This document shows positions 1 through 9,824 of a stretch of 64,000 nt of DNA, in pieces. Made by a program: the position numbers and the translations under genes. The stretch lies in the NCBI GenBank assembly GCA_963743775.1, contig CAVURA010000011.1, positions 42,864 through 106,863 on the forward strand, in the 5' to 3' direction. The notes under the pieces are model-generated. The model was given only the letters and a program-made list of their open reading frames with translations. It did no database searches and was not told the origin of the DNA. Each line of letters starts with the position of its first letter. Position 1 is the first letter of the stretch. This DNA is from an uncultured Bacteroidales bacterium. Its GTDB lineage: Bacteria; Bacteroidota; Bacteroidia; Bacteroidales; VadinHA17.

Positions 1-2243
1 TTCACTTTACAAGTGTCCCTGACACGACTACTCTCACAGTAAGCGCCGACAGCATGAAATTCGGAAATATTAAACTTGCTGAACTGACAGCCACCATCGC
101 GACTACGATGGATACCGCCCTGTATAGCCTGATTGCAAGTGACAGGAATGACCGGTTAATATATGACATTGCAGCTGAAGCATATAAAAATGAAGATCAG
201 ATTAAGCTCAGGTCTACAAAGCCGGAATGGACTGTCAACGGCTTCAACTGGACCGTCACGCAGGGAGAGTTTCTTGTGCTGGATCCGGCGAATCGCAACT
301 TCATTGCAGACCTGCACTGGAAGAATGACCAGAGCACCATTGACATTCATGGCAGTGAGCTTGAAAAACTCTTTATCGAAGTCCGGAATGTATGGATTAA
401 CATGCTCGCCATCCCAGGGATGAACACTTACGGTTATGACGGTGAACTGAACGGCAGGATCTCTTACAGCGGTAAGGACGGGAATGACCTGGGTATAAAG
501 ATGGACATCAGGCAAACAAAGACTTATGTAAGTCCCATTGGCGATTTCAGGATAACAGCCAGTTATTTGTCCGATACTCTCGGCACTGTCGAAGGCAATC
601 TCAACGCTGTATTAAATGATACTTCCAGCCTTAACCTGGTTTTCAGGTCCGAAATGGAAGGAGATAAAAGAAGTATGCATTCTGAATTCGCCGACATCCC
701 GCTTAATACTTTTGAATCGCTGGTCAGCAAGTACATCAGCGGATTAGCCGGTGAAGTTAGTGGTGAGCTGAGATTGTCATCAACCGGCAAGAAGCCCCGC
801 CTGGACGGTGAGATACAAATCGCTGGTACAGAGTTGAAGGTAATACCCCTGAATGCCAGGTTCTATCTGCCTGATAATGTTATCAGACTTGAAAATAACA
901 AATTGGTGTTCAGGCAATTCAAAGTATTGGATTCCCTTAGGAAGCAGCTTACCCTGAATGGGTCGATCAACCTTGAAAACCCTGAAAATATTACAGCTGA
1001 TCTTCAGGTCACATCAGACCGCATTCAGGTAATGAACACTACTGAAAGGGAAAATCCTTCATTCAACGGCTCAGTCTTTGTCGATACGAAGCTGAATATC
1101 ACCGGTCCGGTTCAGAGCCCTTCAATTGCAGGGAACATCGTGCTGGCAGAAGGAACAGTGATCAATTACATGTATGCTGAAAACCTGACGGTTTCCGAGA
1201 CTGAAAAGACAATCACTTTTGCCGGTCTCAGGGATGAAGAAGGAGACGGAAAAACAGAAAAAGCTCCTGTTAAAACGTTCACACGATCACCGGACATTGA
1301 AGCTGCGATAGAGATAAATCCAAATAGTCTGTTCAATTTCAGTATATCGCGCGGTTTTGACATAGGGGCACAGATTACAGGAGGAGGATTTCTGACTTAC
1401 GGACTGATGCCTAATAAAGACATAAGCCTGAGCGGCACCTACGAGATAAACCAGGGAACAGCCCAGCTGAAAATACCGGGATGGCCGAGAAAGGATTTTA
1501 CAATTACACCGGGCAGTTACCTAAGGTGGGACGGGCAGGTTGATAACCCGGAACTTAATGTGAAAACCATAAGCAAGGTCAGAGGATCATACGACAACCC
1601 CGTGGACGGGCAGACCAGGGAGGTTGATTTTCTGGTCAATATGAAACTTGCAAACAGACTGTCGCAGCTTGAGATAATTTTTGATGTCAGTTCTCAGGAT
1701 CAATACATCACGAGTGTGTTCAGTTCATATTCGGCCGATGAACGGATGAAGCAGGCAATCAACCTGCTTATCTTTGAACGGATCGAGCTTCCAGGCCAGA
1801 CAAGCTCCACCGCTTATTTAAGCAAGCAAATAAGCCAGTTCTGGGAAACACAGATCAACCAGATGACGAAATCGGCATTCAGGAATGTGGACTTTTCCTT
1901 AGGCATTGACACCTACACTCAGGCCACCGACCAGGGTAAACAGGAGGTTACAAGCTTCAGCTATGAGGTAAAGAAGGCGATGTTTAAGGATCGGGGCTCA
2001 GTTATGGTTTCGGGGCATATGAATGACAACAGTCCTGGCAGCACACAGACCAGCAACCTGATCGAGAATTTCATTTTTGAATATGCCATCGATTCAAGCC
2101 GGACAAAATTCGTTAAGATATACCGCCAGCAGAATTACGAAGACCTGCTGGAGGGAGAAGTAACCAAGTCGGGGCTGGGATTTATTTACAGGAAAAGCTA
2201 TGACAGGATAAGCGATATTTGGCGGAGGAAGAAGAAAAAATAA
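1..2243 (+). CDS. tamB: TamB-family translocation/assembly module protein, C-terminal part (5' end outside window)
   Basis: The frame of ORF 54..2243 stays open back to nt 3, so the gene is cut by the window edge. The protein is long and beta-rich, with a DUF490/TamB-type C-terminus (FIFEYAIDSSRTKFVKIYRQQNYEDLLEGEVTKSGLGFIYRKSY). An Omp85-family gene follows directly. Confidence 0.7.
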   Translation, partial: HFTSVPDTTTLTVSADSMKFGNIKLAELTATIATTMDTALYSLIASDRNDRLIYDIAAEAYKNEDQIKLRSTKPEWTVNGFNWTVTQGEFLVLDPANRNFIADLHWKNDQSTIDIHGSELEKLFIEVRNVWINMLAIPGMNTYGYDGELNGRISYSGKDGNDLGIKMDIRQTKTYVSPIGDFRITASYLSDTLGTVEGNLNAVLNDTSSLNLVFRSEMEGDKRSMHSEFADIPLNTFESLVSKYISGLAGEVSGELRLSSTGKKPRLDGEIQIAGTELKVIPLNARFYLPDNVIRLENNKLVFRQFKVLDSLRKQLTLNGSINLENPENITADLQVTSDRIQVMNTTERENPSFNGSVFVDTKLNITGPVQSPSIAGNIVLAEGTVINYMYAENLTVSETEKTITFAGLRDEEGDGKTEKAPVKTFTRSPDIEAAIEINPNSLFNFSISRGFDIGAQITGGGFLTYGLMPNKDISLSGTYEINQGTAQLKIPGWPRKDFTITPGSYLRWDGQVDNPELNVKTISKVRGSYDNPVDGQTREVDFLVNMKLANRLSQLEIIFDVSSQDQYITSVFSSYSADERMKQAINLLIFERIELPGQTSSTAYLSKQISQFWETQINQMTKSAFRNVDFSLGIDTYTQATDQGKQEVTSFSYEVKKAMFKDRGSVMVSGHMNDNSPGSTQTSNLIENFIFEYAIDSSRTKFVKIYRQQNYEDLLEGEVTKSGLGFIYRKSYDRISDIWRRKKKK

Positions 2244-2296
2244 GGCAGTTGGCAATGGGCAATAGTGAGCAATGAGCAAGGAATGCAAAGTAAAAT

Positions 2297-4609
2297 ATGA
2301 TTAGAGCAAGGCTGATACATATAATCCTGATTATTATAATCTGCTTAGCGGCGGTTGGATGCTCCAATACAAAGTTTCTTGCAGACGATCAGTTATTGTA
2401 TACAGGCAAGGATGAGGTTTTCATCAGCGATACCGCAAAGTTCAAAGATCTTCGCGTTAAACAAATCACCGGTTCGGTCACTGCCTTTAAACCTAATAAT
2501 TCTATTGGCGGGAAAAGGGTAATACCTCCCTTTGGGCTGTGGTTTTACAATTATAGGAAACCGGAACCAAGAAAATCGCCAGGATGGTTGTACCGGACTT
2601 TTGCAAAGGAACCGGTGCTTATATCAACGGTTAATCCCGAGGTGCGTTGCAGGAAACTCAAATCTGAGCTTTTCGGCGGCGGATATTTTCATTCTGCAGT
2701 GTGGTCAGCTATTGATACCAGTAAACGGAACCCCCGAAAGGCCGGAATAACATACTACGTCAAGCCGGGCCGGCCGTTCCGCTACAACGAGATATCTTTC
2801 GCGCCTCCGGAAGATGCGGTTGACAGCATAATCAACAGTTTCCAGCCCGAACTGGCTATGAAACCTGATGATGTATTCGATCTCGAAACCGTCAAGTCGG
2901 AAGCCAGGAAGATCACAGACCGGCTGCAGGAATCGGGTTATTTTTATTTTAACCAGTCCCAGATAAAATATACTGCTGATACAATACAAATACCATATAA
3001 GATTGATCTCAGGATCAATAAAAACGAGAACCTGCCATACAGGGCCGGCGTGAAATATTTTATTGATGATATAACGGTAAAGGTAACCGGTGACGCGGAT
3101 GCCACCTACCTGTTGCCGGGCACGGACACAATAAAATACGACGGAATCAATATAATTTCACAGGGAATGCAGTTTAAACCAGGGGTCTTTGCCAGGTCGG
3201 TCTACTTCCGGGAAGGAGACAGTTACTCCACTTCCAGTCATCTTAAGACCATGGCTCATCTGAACAGCTACGGGATATTTAAATTCATTAACGTACGCTA
3301 CACGCCTGACCCCGATAGCCTTATAAATCAACTTGATATGTTGATCGAGCTTACTCCCATGAAGGACATCAGCCTCGATCTTGAGGCTAACGTTGTAACC
3401 AAATCAACAGGTTTTTCCGGGCCGGGATTTGCTGCAACCCTGGCACAGGGAAATCTGGCGGGAGGGGCAAACAGATTACAGCTGAAACTCGACGGAGGTG
3501 TCGAATGGCAGTGGTCCAACAAAACCACCAGCTCCCTCGGGACTGTATCTTACAGTGTAGGGTTATCATCATCAATTATCTTTCCAAAACTGATTGCACC
3601 TTCACTTTTCATAAATCCTGACCGGTTTAACCTCCCTCAGACATCAGTGACTGTTGGATTTGAATTCCTGAATAAAATTCAGTACTACCGGATGGTCTCC
3701 GTGAATACGGGGTATGGTTATCAGTGGAAGAAGCCGGATAAGATCACACACAAATTCTTCCCCGTATTTATAAACTCAATTAACCTCCTCGAAACCACTC
3801 CGGAATTTAATTCATTAATATCCGACAACCAGTATATAAGAAAAAGTTTTGAGGAACAGTTCATAGTGGGGATGAAGTACGATTTTACATATGACAATAG
3901 CCTCACAAAACAACCGCACGGCTTTTATTTTTCTGCAGGTATAAGTTCTTCCGGTAACCTGCTGGACCTGGCAAAGAGAATCTTCAATGAAGAATCTGAG
4001 AGACCTTACAGTTTTGTCGGCAATATCTATTCACAGTTCCTGAAACTCTCAACTGATGTCCGTTATTACAGGAATTTTAATAACAAGAGCATTGCTTCCC
4101 GGTTCTATGCAGGAATAGGAATACCATATACCAATTCTGTTGTAATGCCTTATGTGGAGCAGTTTTACAGCGGCGGATCAAACAGTATCAGGGCTTTTGT
4201 TGCACGTTCACTGGGCCCCGGAGGCCTGGTGCCGCCTGAAGATGTAAATCCGGATTCACTTATTATTGATCAGACAGGCGACATAAAACTGGAAGGTAAC
4301 CTCGAATTCAGGTTCAGGATGTCAAAGGTACTCCACGGAGCGTTGTTTATAGACGCGGGTAACGTATGGCTGTTAAATCCTGACGAGACAAGACCCAATG
4401 CCGAATTTCATTTTAATAAGTTTATGGACCAGCTTGCGGTGGGAACCGGCATCGGGCTGAGATTTGATTTTAATTTCTTTATCCTCAGAACTGACTTTGG
4501 TTTCCCGATACGAAGCCCTTATGAAATTGACGGCTCAAACTGGCTGATAGGTTCAAGCGATGTCTGGAAAAAGGGGGTCTTTAACCTGGCTATTGGATAC
4601 CCCTTCTGA
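2297..4609 (+). CDS. BamA/TamA (Omp85) family outer-membrane protein, TamL-like lipoprotein form
   Basis: There is an N-terminal lipobox (LAAVGC). The C-terminal Bac_surface_Ag-type barrel carries GGSNSIRAF, DAGNVW and GLRFDF motifs and ends in a terminal aromatic residue (IGYPF). The gene is adjacent to tamB. Confidence 0.7.
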   Translation: MIRARLIHIILIIIICLAAVGCSNTKFLADDQLLYTGKDEVFISDTAKFKDLRVKQITGSVTAFKPNNSIGGKRVIPPFGLWFYNYRKPEPRKSPGWLYRTFAKEPVLISTVNPEVRCRKLKSELFGGGYFHSAVWSAIDTSKRNPRKAGITYYVKPGRPFRYNEISFAPPEDAVDSIINSFQPELAMKPDDVFDLETVKSEARKITDRLQESGYFYFNQSQIKYTADTIQIPYKIDLRINKNENLPYRAGVKYFIDDITVKVTGDADATYLLPGTDTIKYDGINIISQGMQFKPGVFARSVYFREGDSYSTSSHLKTMAHLNSYGIFKFINVRYTPDPDSLINQLDMLIELTPMKDISLDLEANVVTKSTGFSGPGFAATLAQGNLAGGANRLQLKLDGGVEWQWSNKTTSSLGTVSYSVGLSSSIIFPKLIAPSLFINPDRFNLPQTSVTVGFEFLNKIQYYRMVSVNTGYGYQWKKPDKITHKFFPVFINSINLLETTPEFNSLISDNQYIRKSFEEQFIVGMKYDFTYDNSLTKQPHGFYFSAGISSSGNLLDLAKRIFNEESERPYSFVGNIYSQFLKLSTDVRYYRNFNNKSIASRFYAGIGIPYTNSVVMPYVEQFYSGGSNSIRAFVARSLGPGGLVPPEDVNPDSLIIDQTGDIKLEGNLEFRFRMSKVLHGALFIDAGNVWLLNPDETRPNAEFHFNKFMDQLAVGTGIGLRFDFNFFILRTDFGFPIRSPYEIDGSNWLIGSSDVWKKGVFNLAIGYPF

Positions 4610-4712
4610 TCAGATTCAATGAACTGAAAAATTTCATTATTAAGTGATTGGCAGTTGGCATTGTTTGTACTACTTTTAGATTACTGACCTGAACAATTAA
4701 AGACCCATCAAT

Positions 4713-6014
4713 ATGTTAAGTGCTTTCATAAAAAAATTCAGATGGCTGGTTGCCCTGCTTGCAATGCTTTTTACAGCTCATGCCCCGGCCTTCGGACAGG
4801 ATTCCCTGTCTTTAAGTCCCGGCGCTGAGTGCCCGCAGAAAGATTTGCCTGATGTAATCCGGGCGGCGATGCATAAGCCTCCTAAAGTCAAATCCGAATC
4901 AACAGGCTCCCTGCTGATCGTTCCCGTGATTGGCTCCAATCCAGCTACTGGATTTGTTTTCGGTATTGGAGGCCAGTATGCTTTTAAAATGAAGGGTAGT
5001 ACTCTGTATTCCAACTTCAATGGCTCTGCACAGTACACGACAAAGAACCAGATGATCTTCATGCTGAAGAACAGCATATACACAAAGAACAATGGCATCT
5101 TTTTGACCGGTGACTGGCGGTTTTTACTTTACTCACAGTCGACATACGGGTTGGGCACAACCGCGCCGGAGGGAGGGATACTTGACTATCAGTATGGCCT
5201 CTGGGGCACTGCAACTACAGATGACTCGCTGTCTCAACCCATGAAATTCACTTTTGCCAGGTTCCATCAGTCGGCCTCCTTCAGAATTACTGAAGGCCTT
5301 TATGCAGGCGTCGGTTTCTTCTATGACGGTTATTCCAAAATAGAAGATCAGAAACTCAGCCTGGTACCCGGTGATACAGTCCTTACAAGCCATTACTTAT
5401 ACAACACCCACTACGGCTTCAGTACAACAAAATACTTCTCATCTGCTCTGAATGTCAATGTGCTGTATGACAGCCGCGATAACATGCTCAATGCGTATAA
5501 GGGAATCTATGCGATGGCCAGCTGGCGGGGATCATTTGAGTTTTTGGGGAACGATGTAGGCGGAAACTTTTTTCAGCTGGAGTGGAGAAGTTTCCACAGC
5601 TTTTCGGAAAGAAATCCCAGGCACCTTATTGGATTCTGGATCATGGGTAACTTTACCCGCGAAGGTCAGTTTCCTTATATGATCCTACCCGCGACTGCCT
5701 ATGACCAGCGGGGGAGAGCCGGGAGAGGATATACCCAGGGCCGCTTCAGGGGGGCAAACATGGTGTATGGCGAGGCAGAATACCGCTTCCCGATCTCAAA
5801 ATGCGGAGGGGTTCTGGGCGGGGTACTGTTCCTGAATGCCACCACTGCCGACAACAGCGCATTATCGCTTAACCTGTTTGAATCGATCAAACCGGGTTAT
5901 GGCGGAGGGTTAAGGATCATGGTTGACAAGCGCTCGCGTACCAACCTGGCTGTTGATGTTGGCTTCGGCCAAAAGTCTTTCGGCTTCTACCTTGCAGCTT
6001 CCGAGGCGTTCTAG
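4713..6014 (+). CDS. POTRA-less Omp85-like beta-barrel outer-membrane protein
   Basis: A signal peptide ends at AFGQ. The C-terminal barrel motifs resemble the Omp85 family (YGEAEYRFPI, GGVLFLNATT, GYGGGLRIMV, LAVDVGFG, terminal F). At 433 aa the protein is too short to carry POTRA repeats. Confidence 0.5.
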   Translation: MLSAFIKKFRWLVALLAMLFTAHAPAFGQDSLSLSPGAECPQKDLPDVIRAAMHKPPKVKSESTGSLLIVPVIGSNPATGFVFGIGGQYAFKMKGSTLYSNFNGSAQYTTKNQMIFMLKNSIYTKNNGIFLTGDWRFLLYSQSTYGLGTTAPEGGILDYQYGLWGTATTDDSLSQPMKFTFARFHQSASFRITEGLYAGVGFFYDGYSKIEDQKLSLVPGDTVLTSHYLYNTHYGFSTTKYFSSALNVNVLYDSRDNMLNAYKGIYAMASWRGSFEFLGNDVGGNFFQLEWRSFHSFSERNPRHLIGFWIMGNFTREGQFPYMILPATAYDQRGRAGRGYTQGRFRGANMVYGEAEYRFPISKCGGVLGGVLFLNATTADNSALSLNLFESIKPGYGGGLRIMVDKRSRTNLAVDVGFGQKSFGFYLAASEAF

Positions 6015-6020
6015 CATTGC

Positions 6021-6053
6021 ATATCATCACCATTTTCCGGATGGTGATCATAT
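6021..6053. terminator. Hairpin between convergent genes (possible bidirectional terminator)
   Basis: The sequence is atatcatcaccat-tttccgg-atggtgatcatat. It forms a 13-nt stem with one mismatch and a 7-nt loop. It lies between the stop at 6014 (+) and the stop at 6063 (-). There is no strong U-tract. Confidence 0.4.
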
Positions 6054-6062
6054 TACGGTCTT

Positions 6063-9000
6063 TTATCTGTCAACAGGAAATGCCTCATGCTTTGGCCATT
6101 GACGTGGTTTTTCCTCAATATTTTTCATTACCACTTCAACTGCTTTCATCAGCTGCGTATCATACCCATCGGCGTATTTCTTTGAGTCGATGTCGATTAT
6201 AATATCAGGAGTCACGCCCTCATTCTCAACCACCCACTCTCCCTTTTCGTTATATATGCGGTAATCGGGTGCCGTTATGCTTCCGCCGTCTATCAGTTCA
6301 ATGAACATCGACACTCCAACCAGTCCGCCCCACGTGCGGGTGCCGATTATCGGACCCATACCGAACCAGCGAAATTCGTACGGGAGTTCATCACCTCCGG
6401 AACCGGCATACCTGTTGGTAACCAGGGCCATGTGAGCATCAACGGCAAGGTAAGGTATCGGCTGGTCAGCCGACTGCCTGCGCGTCCAGAAGGCGTGAGG
6501 CTTCTTCTGCAGGCGCTGCAGGAAGATCTCAGGGTCAAGTCCTCCTCCGTTGAAGCGGCCGTCAATGATCAGCCCCTCCTTCTTCGTTTGTGAATAGAAA
6601 TATCTCGGGAAGTCGGTAGCTGAACCGTTCCATGTATCAGGCAGATATATATATCCGATCTTCCCTCCTGAAGCCTTATCCACTGCCATGCGATTAGACT
6701 CCAGCCAGTCCATGTAGCGGAAGCTGTTTTCACTTCCTGCGGGTACGACAGTGACTTCGCGGGCGCCTGCCAGGAGCGGCTTCGAGTTCACGGTCAGGGT
6801 GACCTGCTTACCGGCCAGCCCGACAAAATAGCTATAAATCTCCCTGTCAGCTTTCACATCCGTGTTATTGACCTTCAGGAGGTACTCACCCTCAATAATA
6901 TTAACACCTGGTTTTGCCAATGGTGGCCATGTCTCTCGTGACCAGTCCTTTTCCCTGAAAATCTTTTTAAACCGGTAGAGGTTGTTCTGAGGGTCAGCGG
7001 TAAAGTCGGCACCAAGCATTCCCACATTAACCTGGTCAGCTTTACGTTTACTGTCGCCTCCGTAAACATATGTATGCGATGTATTCAGTTCTCCGATCAT
7101 CTCACCGATAATAAAAGTCAGATCCGCACGGCATGATGCCTTTTCAACAAGCTTACCATATTTCTGCTTCATGAAATTCCAGTCCTGACCATGCATGCCC
7201 GGCTCATAATAGTAATCGCGTTCCATCCGCCATGCTTCATTGAAGATCTGTTTCCATTCCCTGACCGGTTCATACCAAATCTTCAGCTCAGACAGGTTGA
7301 CGGGTTTGCCTTCTCCTCCGGCTGACGGAATTATTGATACGTTTTTGTCTTTAAGATAAACTATGCTTTCACCATCGGCCGAGAGCTTATAAGTGTCTAT
7401 TTCTTCTACAAGTGAAGTCTCCTTCTTCGAGTCAAAGGAGTAGGAGAAGAGCGTCATCGGGCCGTGGGCATCAATTTCAAAGCGGTTGAAATTGCCTTCA
7501 TCAGCATTTAAATAGTACAAGGTCGAGTTATTGACTGACAAATCTCTGTAGTTGCCCTTCTTAAGAGGAAGAGCCTCAGTACGGTCCGCAATACCTTCAA
7601 AATCAATACGGACAGTAACCGGTGAATCGGGTTTTGAGGTTATAGCAGGCGAGTTTTCCTCGTCACTCCTGTAAGGAATAATTGACTTTCCGTCTTTTTT
7701 CAGAGTGACTGCATAGATACCTGCGACCTTCTGATAAACCATTTCCCATTCGATATCGCAATAGGTGGGAGTGAATCTGCGGTCAGATATGAATATGATG
7801 TATTCTCCATCCTTTGTAAAGACCGGGTTGAAATCATAGAATAATCCGTTACTTATGCTGTTTATGGCTTTTGTCTCGAGACCGTAGACATAAATCTGGT
7901 ACATAAAGTCCTCATTCATTTTTGAGTATGCCAGAAACCTGCTGTCAGGGGACCATGAACAGTCAAAAATGGATTTTACATCCAGCGAGACATCGACATT
8001 TTCGTACTCCTCTTTATCCACCCTGGTTATTACTTTAGTTGCAACGTCTATATAGTACAGCGTAAGGGTCTGGTCTGTGTATGCAATTTTTTTACTGTCA
8101 GGTGACCATTTAAGCGTATGCCTGTAGCCATCTTTGCTGGAAGTAAGCTTTACAGCTTCCTCTTTGCCGTCAGGATTAACAATGTAAATTTCATACTCAC
8201 CGGTTTTATCGGAAAGGTAGGCAATGCGTTTACCGTCGGGGGACCATACTGCATCTTTGTCCCTGGCGCCACAATTGTTTGAAATATTTCTTGCCGGGCC
8301 TTCGCTTTCAGGAACAGTGAATACTTCACCACGGGCGACGATCAAAGCTCTTTTACCAGAGGGGGACAGGTCAACCCGGGTAACTTCCTTGCTGATATCC
8401 TTCATAAATGGCCGGGTCTCTTCCATGTCAGTCAGGATCCGGATAGGGACTTTTTTTGATTCATTTGAGGCAAGATCGAGCATCCAGATATCTCCGCCAA
8501 GTTCGTACACGATCTTATTGCTTCCTTCCGATGGATGCCTGACATCGTACTCTGTATGCTTTGTTATCTGCTCAGTGGTCCTGGTTCCTGTATCGTATGC
8601 ATAAATATTGAGAACCCTGTCCCTGTCAGAGCTGAAATATATCTTCTCACCAATCCACATCGGGATCCTGTCTGAACCCTTGTAGTTGGTGATGTTTGTT
8701 TCCTCATTTGTCTTAAGGTCATAGATGAATATTTCCTGTGCCCTGCCGCCGGTGTAGCGTTTCCAGGTTGCATTGTCCTGGCTGTCTTTGTTATATGCTA
8801 TTTTGGAGCCGTCAGGAGAAAAACTGCCGCGGGCGGCGTCATACATGATCATCTCTTCCAGTCCCGTCCCGTCCGGTGCGACAAGAAACGTCTTAACATA
8901 CCGTGAGGTACTGTTTCTCCCTGAGTTGAACATGATCTTGTTTTTTGTGCTGTTCCATCCTATTACCTCATCTGTTCCAGGGTGGAAAGTCAGCCGGGTA

Positions 9001-9326
9001 ATATTTCCGCCGTTGATGTTCATGACGTACACATCCGCGTTGCCGTCATATTCACCGGTAAAAGCAACCAGGCTGCCGTCGGGCGAGATTTCAGGATAGG
9101 TTTCGCGACCGTCACTGAAAGTCAGCCGGACAGCAGGACCTCCTTCTGCAGGAGCTTTCCAGATATCATTGCCACTGACAAAAACAATGGTATTTTCATA
9201 AATATCCGGGTACTGCATCATTGGGTTCTCTGCAGAAACCAGCGTACCGTTAACCGTTAAGGTCATCAGAGCCAACACCGTGAAAATGATTTTTGAATCT
9301 TTCTGAAAGCATGCAATTTTTTTCAT
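6063..9326 (-). CDS. Tricorn-protease-like S41 peptidase (beta-propellers + PDZ + S41 domain)
   Basis: The protein is about 1087 aa. After the signal peptide it opens with MQYPDIYENTIVFVSGNDIWKAPAEGG, followed by repeated TolB/WD40-like SPDG blades and a C-terminal S41 region. I moved the start to the internal ATG at 9326 (MKKIACF...), which gives a signal-peptide-like N-terminus. Confidence 0.8.
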   Translation of the reverse strand: MKKIACFQKDSKIIFTVLALMTLTVNGTLVSAENPMMQYPDIYENTIVFVSGNDIWKAPAEGGPAVRLTFSDGRETYPEISPDGSLVAFTGEYDGNADVYVMNINGGNITRLTFHPGTDEVIGWNSTKNKIMFNSGRNSTSRYVKTFLVAPDGTGLEEMIMYDAARGSFSPDGSKIAYNKDSQDNATWKRYTGGRAQEIFIYDLKTNEETNITNYKGSDRIPMWIGEKIYFSSDRDRVLNIYAYDTGTRTTEQITKHTEYDVRHPSEGSNKIVYELGGDIWMLDLASNESKKVPIRILTDMEETRPFMKDISKEVTRVDLSPSGKRALIVARGEVFTVPESEGPARNISNNCGARDKDAVWSPDGKRIAYLSDKTGEYEIYIVNPDGKEEAVKLTSSKDGYRHTLKWSPDSKKIAYTDQTLTLYYIDVATKVITRVDKEEYENVDVSLDVKSIFDCSWSPDSRFLAYSKMNEDFMYQIYVYGLETKAINSISNGLFYDFNPVFTKDGEYIIFISDRRFTPTYCDIEWEMVYQKVAGIYAVTLKKDGKSIIPYRSDEENSPAITSKPDSPVTVRIDFEGIADRTEALPLKKGNYRDLSVNNSTLYYLNADEGNFNRFEIDAHGPMTLFSYSFDSKKETSLVEEIDTYKLSADGESIVYLKDKNVSIIPSAGGEGKPVNLSELKIWYEPVREWKQIFNEAWRMERDYYYEPGMHGQDWNFMKQKYGKLVEKASCRADLTFIIGEMIGELNTSHTYVYGGDSKRKADQVNVGMLGADFTADPQNNLYRFKKIFREKDWSRETWPPLAKPGVNIIEGEYLLKVNNTDVKADREIYSYFVGLAGKQVTLTVNSKPLLAGAREVTVVPAGSENSFRYMDWLESNRMAVDKASGGKIGYIYLPDTWNGSATDFPRYFYSQTKKEGLIIDGRFNGGGLDPEIFLQRLQKKPHAFWTRRQSADQPIPYLAVDAHMALVTNRYAGSGGDELPYEFRWFGMGPIIGTRTWGGLVGVSMFIELIDGGSITAPDYRIYNEKGEWVVENEGVTPDIIIDIDSKKYADGYDTQLMKAVEVVMKNIEEKPRQWPKHEAFPVDR

Positions 9327-9463
9327 ATTGATGTGGAATTTGATAATCGGTAAATGTGTAAAACAAAAAGGAATCGAATTCGTAATCAAAAGTAAATCAC
9401 GACCGGATGAATGTCAAGTTTATTTTTTATTCCCGGAAACTAAAAATGCATCATATGCCATCC

Positions 9464-9538
9464 GATGCTCGTAGAGCATCAGATTATGTAGATCATAAGA
9501 TTACAACATATATTGATGGTCGTAGATCATCAGATAAT
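9464..9538. repeat. Degenerate 17-nt-phased hairpin repeats
   Basis: gatgctcgtagagcatcagattat (9464..9487) and gatggtcgtagatcatcagataat (9515..9538) are near-identical, and each forms a 7-bp stem with a GTA loop. A related gtagatcataagatta lies between them. Confidence 0.5.
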
Positions 9539-9810
9539 CAATCTGTCACCACATTCCATTGCCTGATTGACCACTCAGTGATGAGGCCGTTCTTTATATA
9601 GGGGTCGTTGCTGACAAATTCTTTGGCGGCATCAGGAGAATCTCCCTTAAAAATCAGTATCGCAGCGTCAGGCGGATCGGCCAGCGCTCCTGCCATTACC
9701 AGGCGACCGTCAGCATGAAAAGATTGTACAAGATCAAGATGTTCACCACGGAAAGGTGCTCGTCTCTCAAAGTAGTTTTCGACCGTTTTGTAAAAAAGGA
9801 TGTAATACAT
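9538..9810 (-). CDS. YciI-family protein
   Basis: This 90-aa protein has the typical YCII pattern: MYYILFYK...RAPFRGEHLDLV...GRLVMAGAL...ILIFKGDS...FVSNDPYIKNGL. Confidence 0.7.
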   Translation of the reverse strand: MYYILFYKTVENYFERRAPFRGEHLDLVQSFHADGRLVMAGALADPPDAAILIFKGDSPDAAKEFVSNDPYIKNGLITEWSIRQWNVVTD

Positions 9811-9824
9811 AACTGTTTCATTTA

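Noticed and set aside
6017-6202. 61-aa plus-strand ORF after the Omp85-like gene
   Set aside because: It overlaps the 3' end of the tricorn-like protease gene on the opposite strand and includes the intergenic hairpin. It has no features of a real small protein.
9407-9601. 64-aa ORF in the tricorn/yciI intergenic region
   Set aside because: It is built from the translated hairpin repeats and runs into the 3' end of yciI on the opposite strand. There is no promoter motif or recognisable fold.
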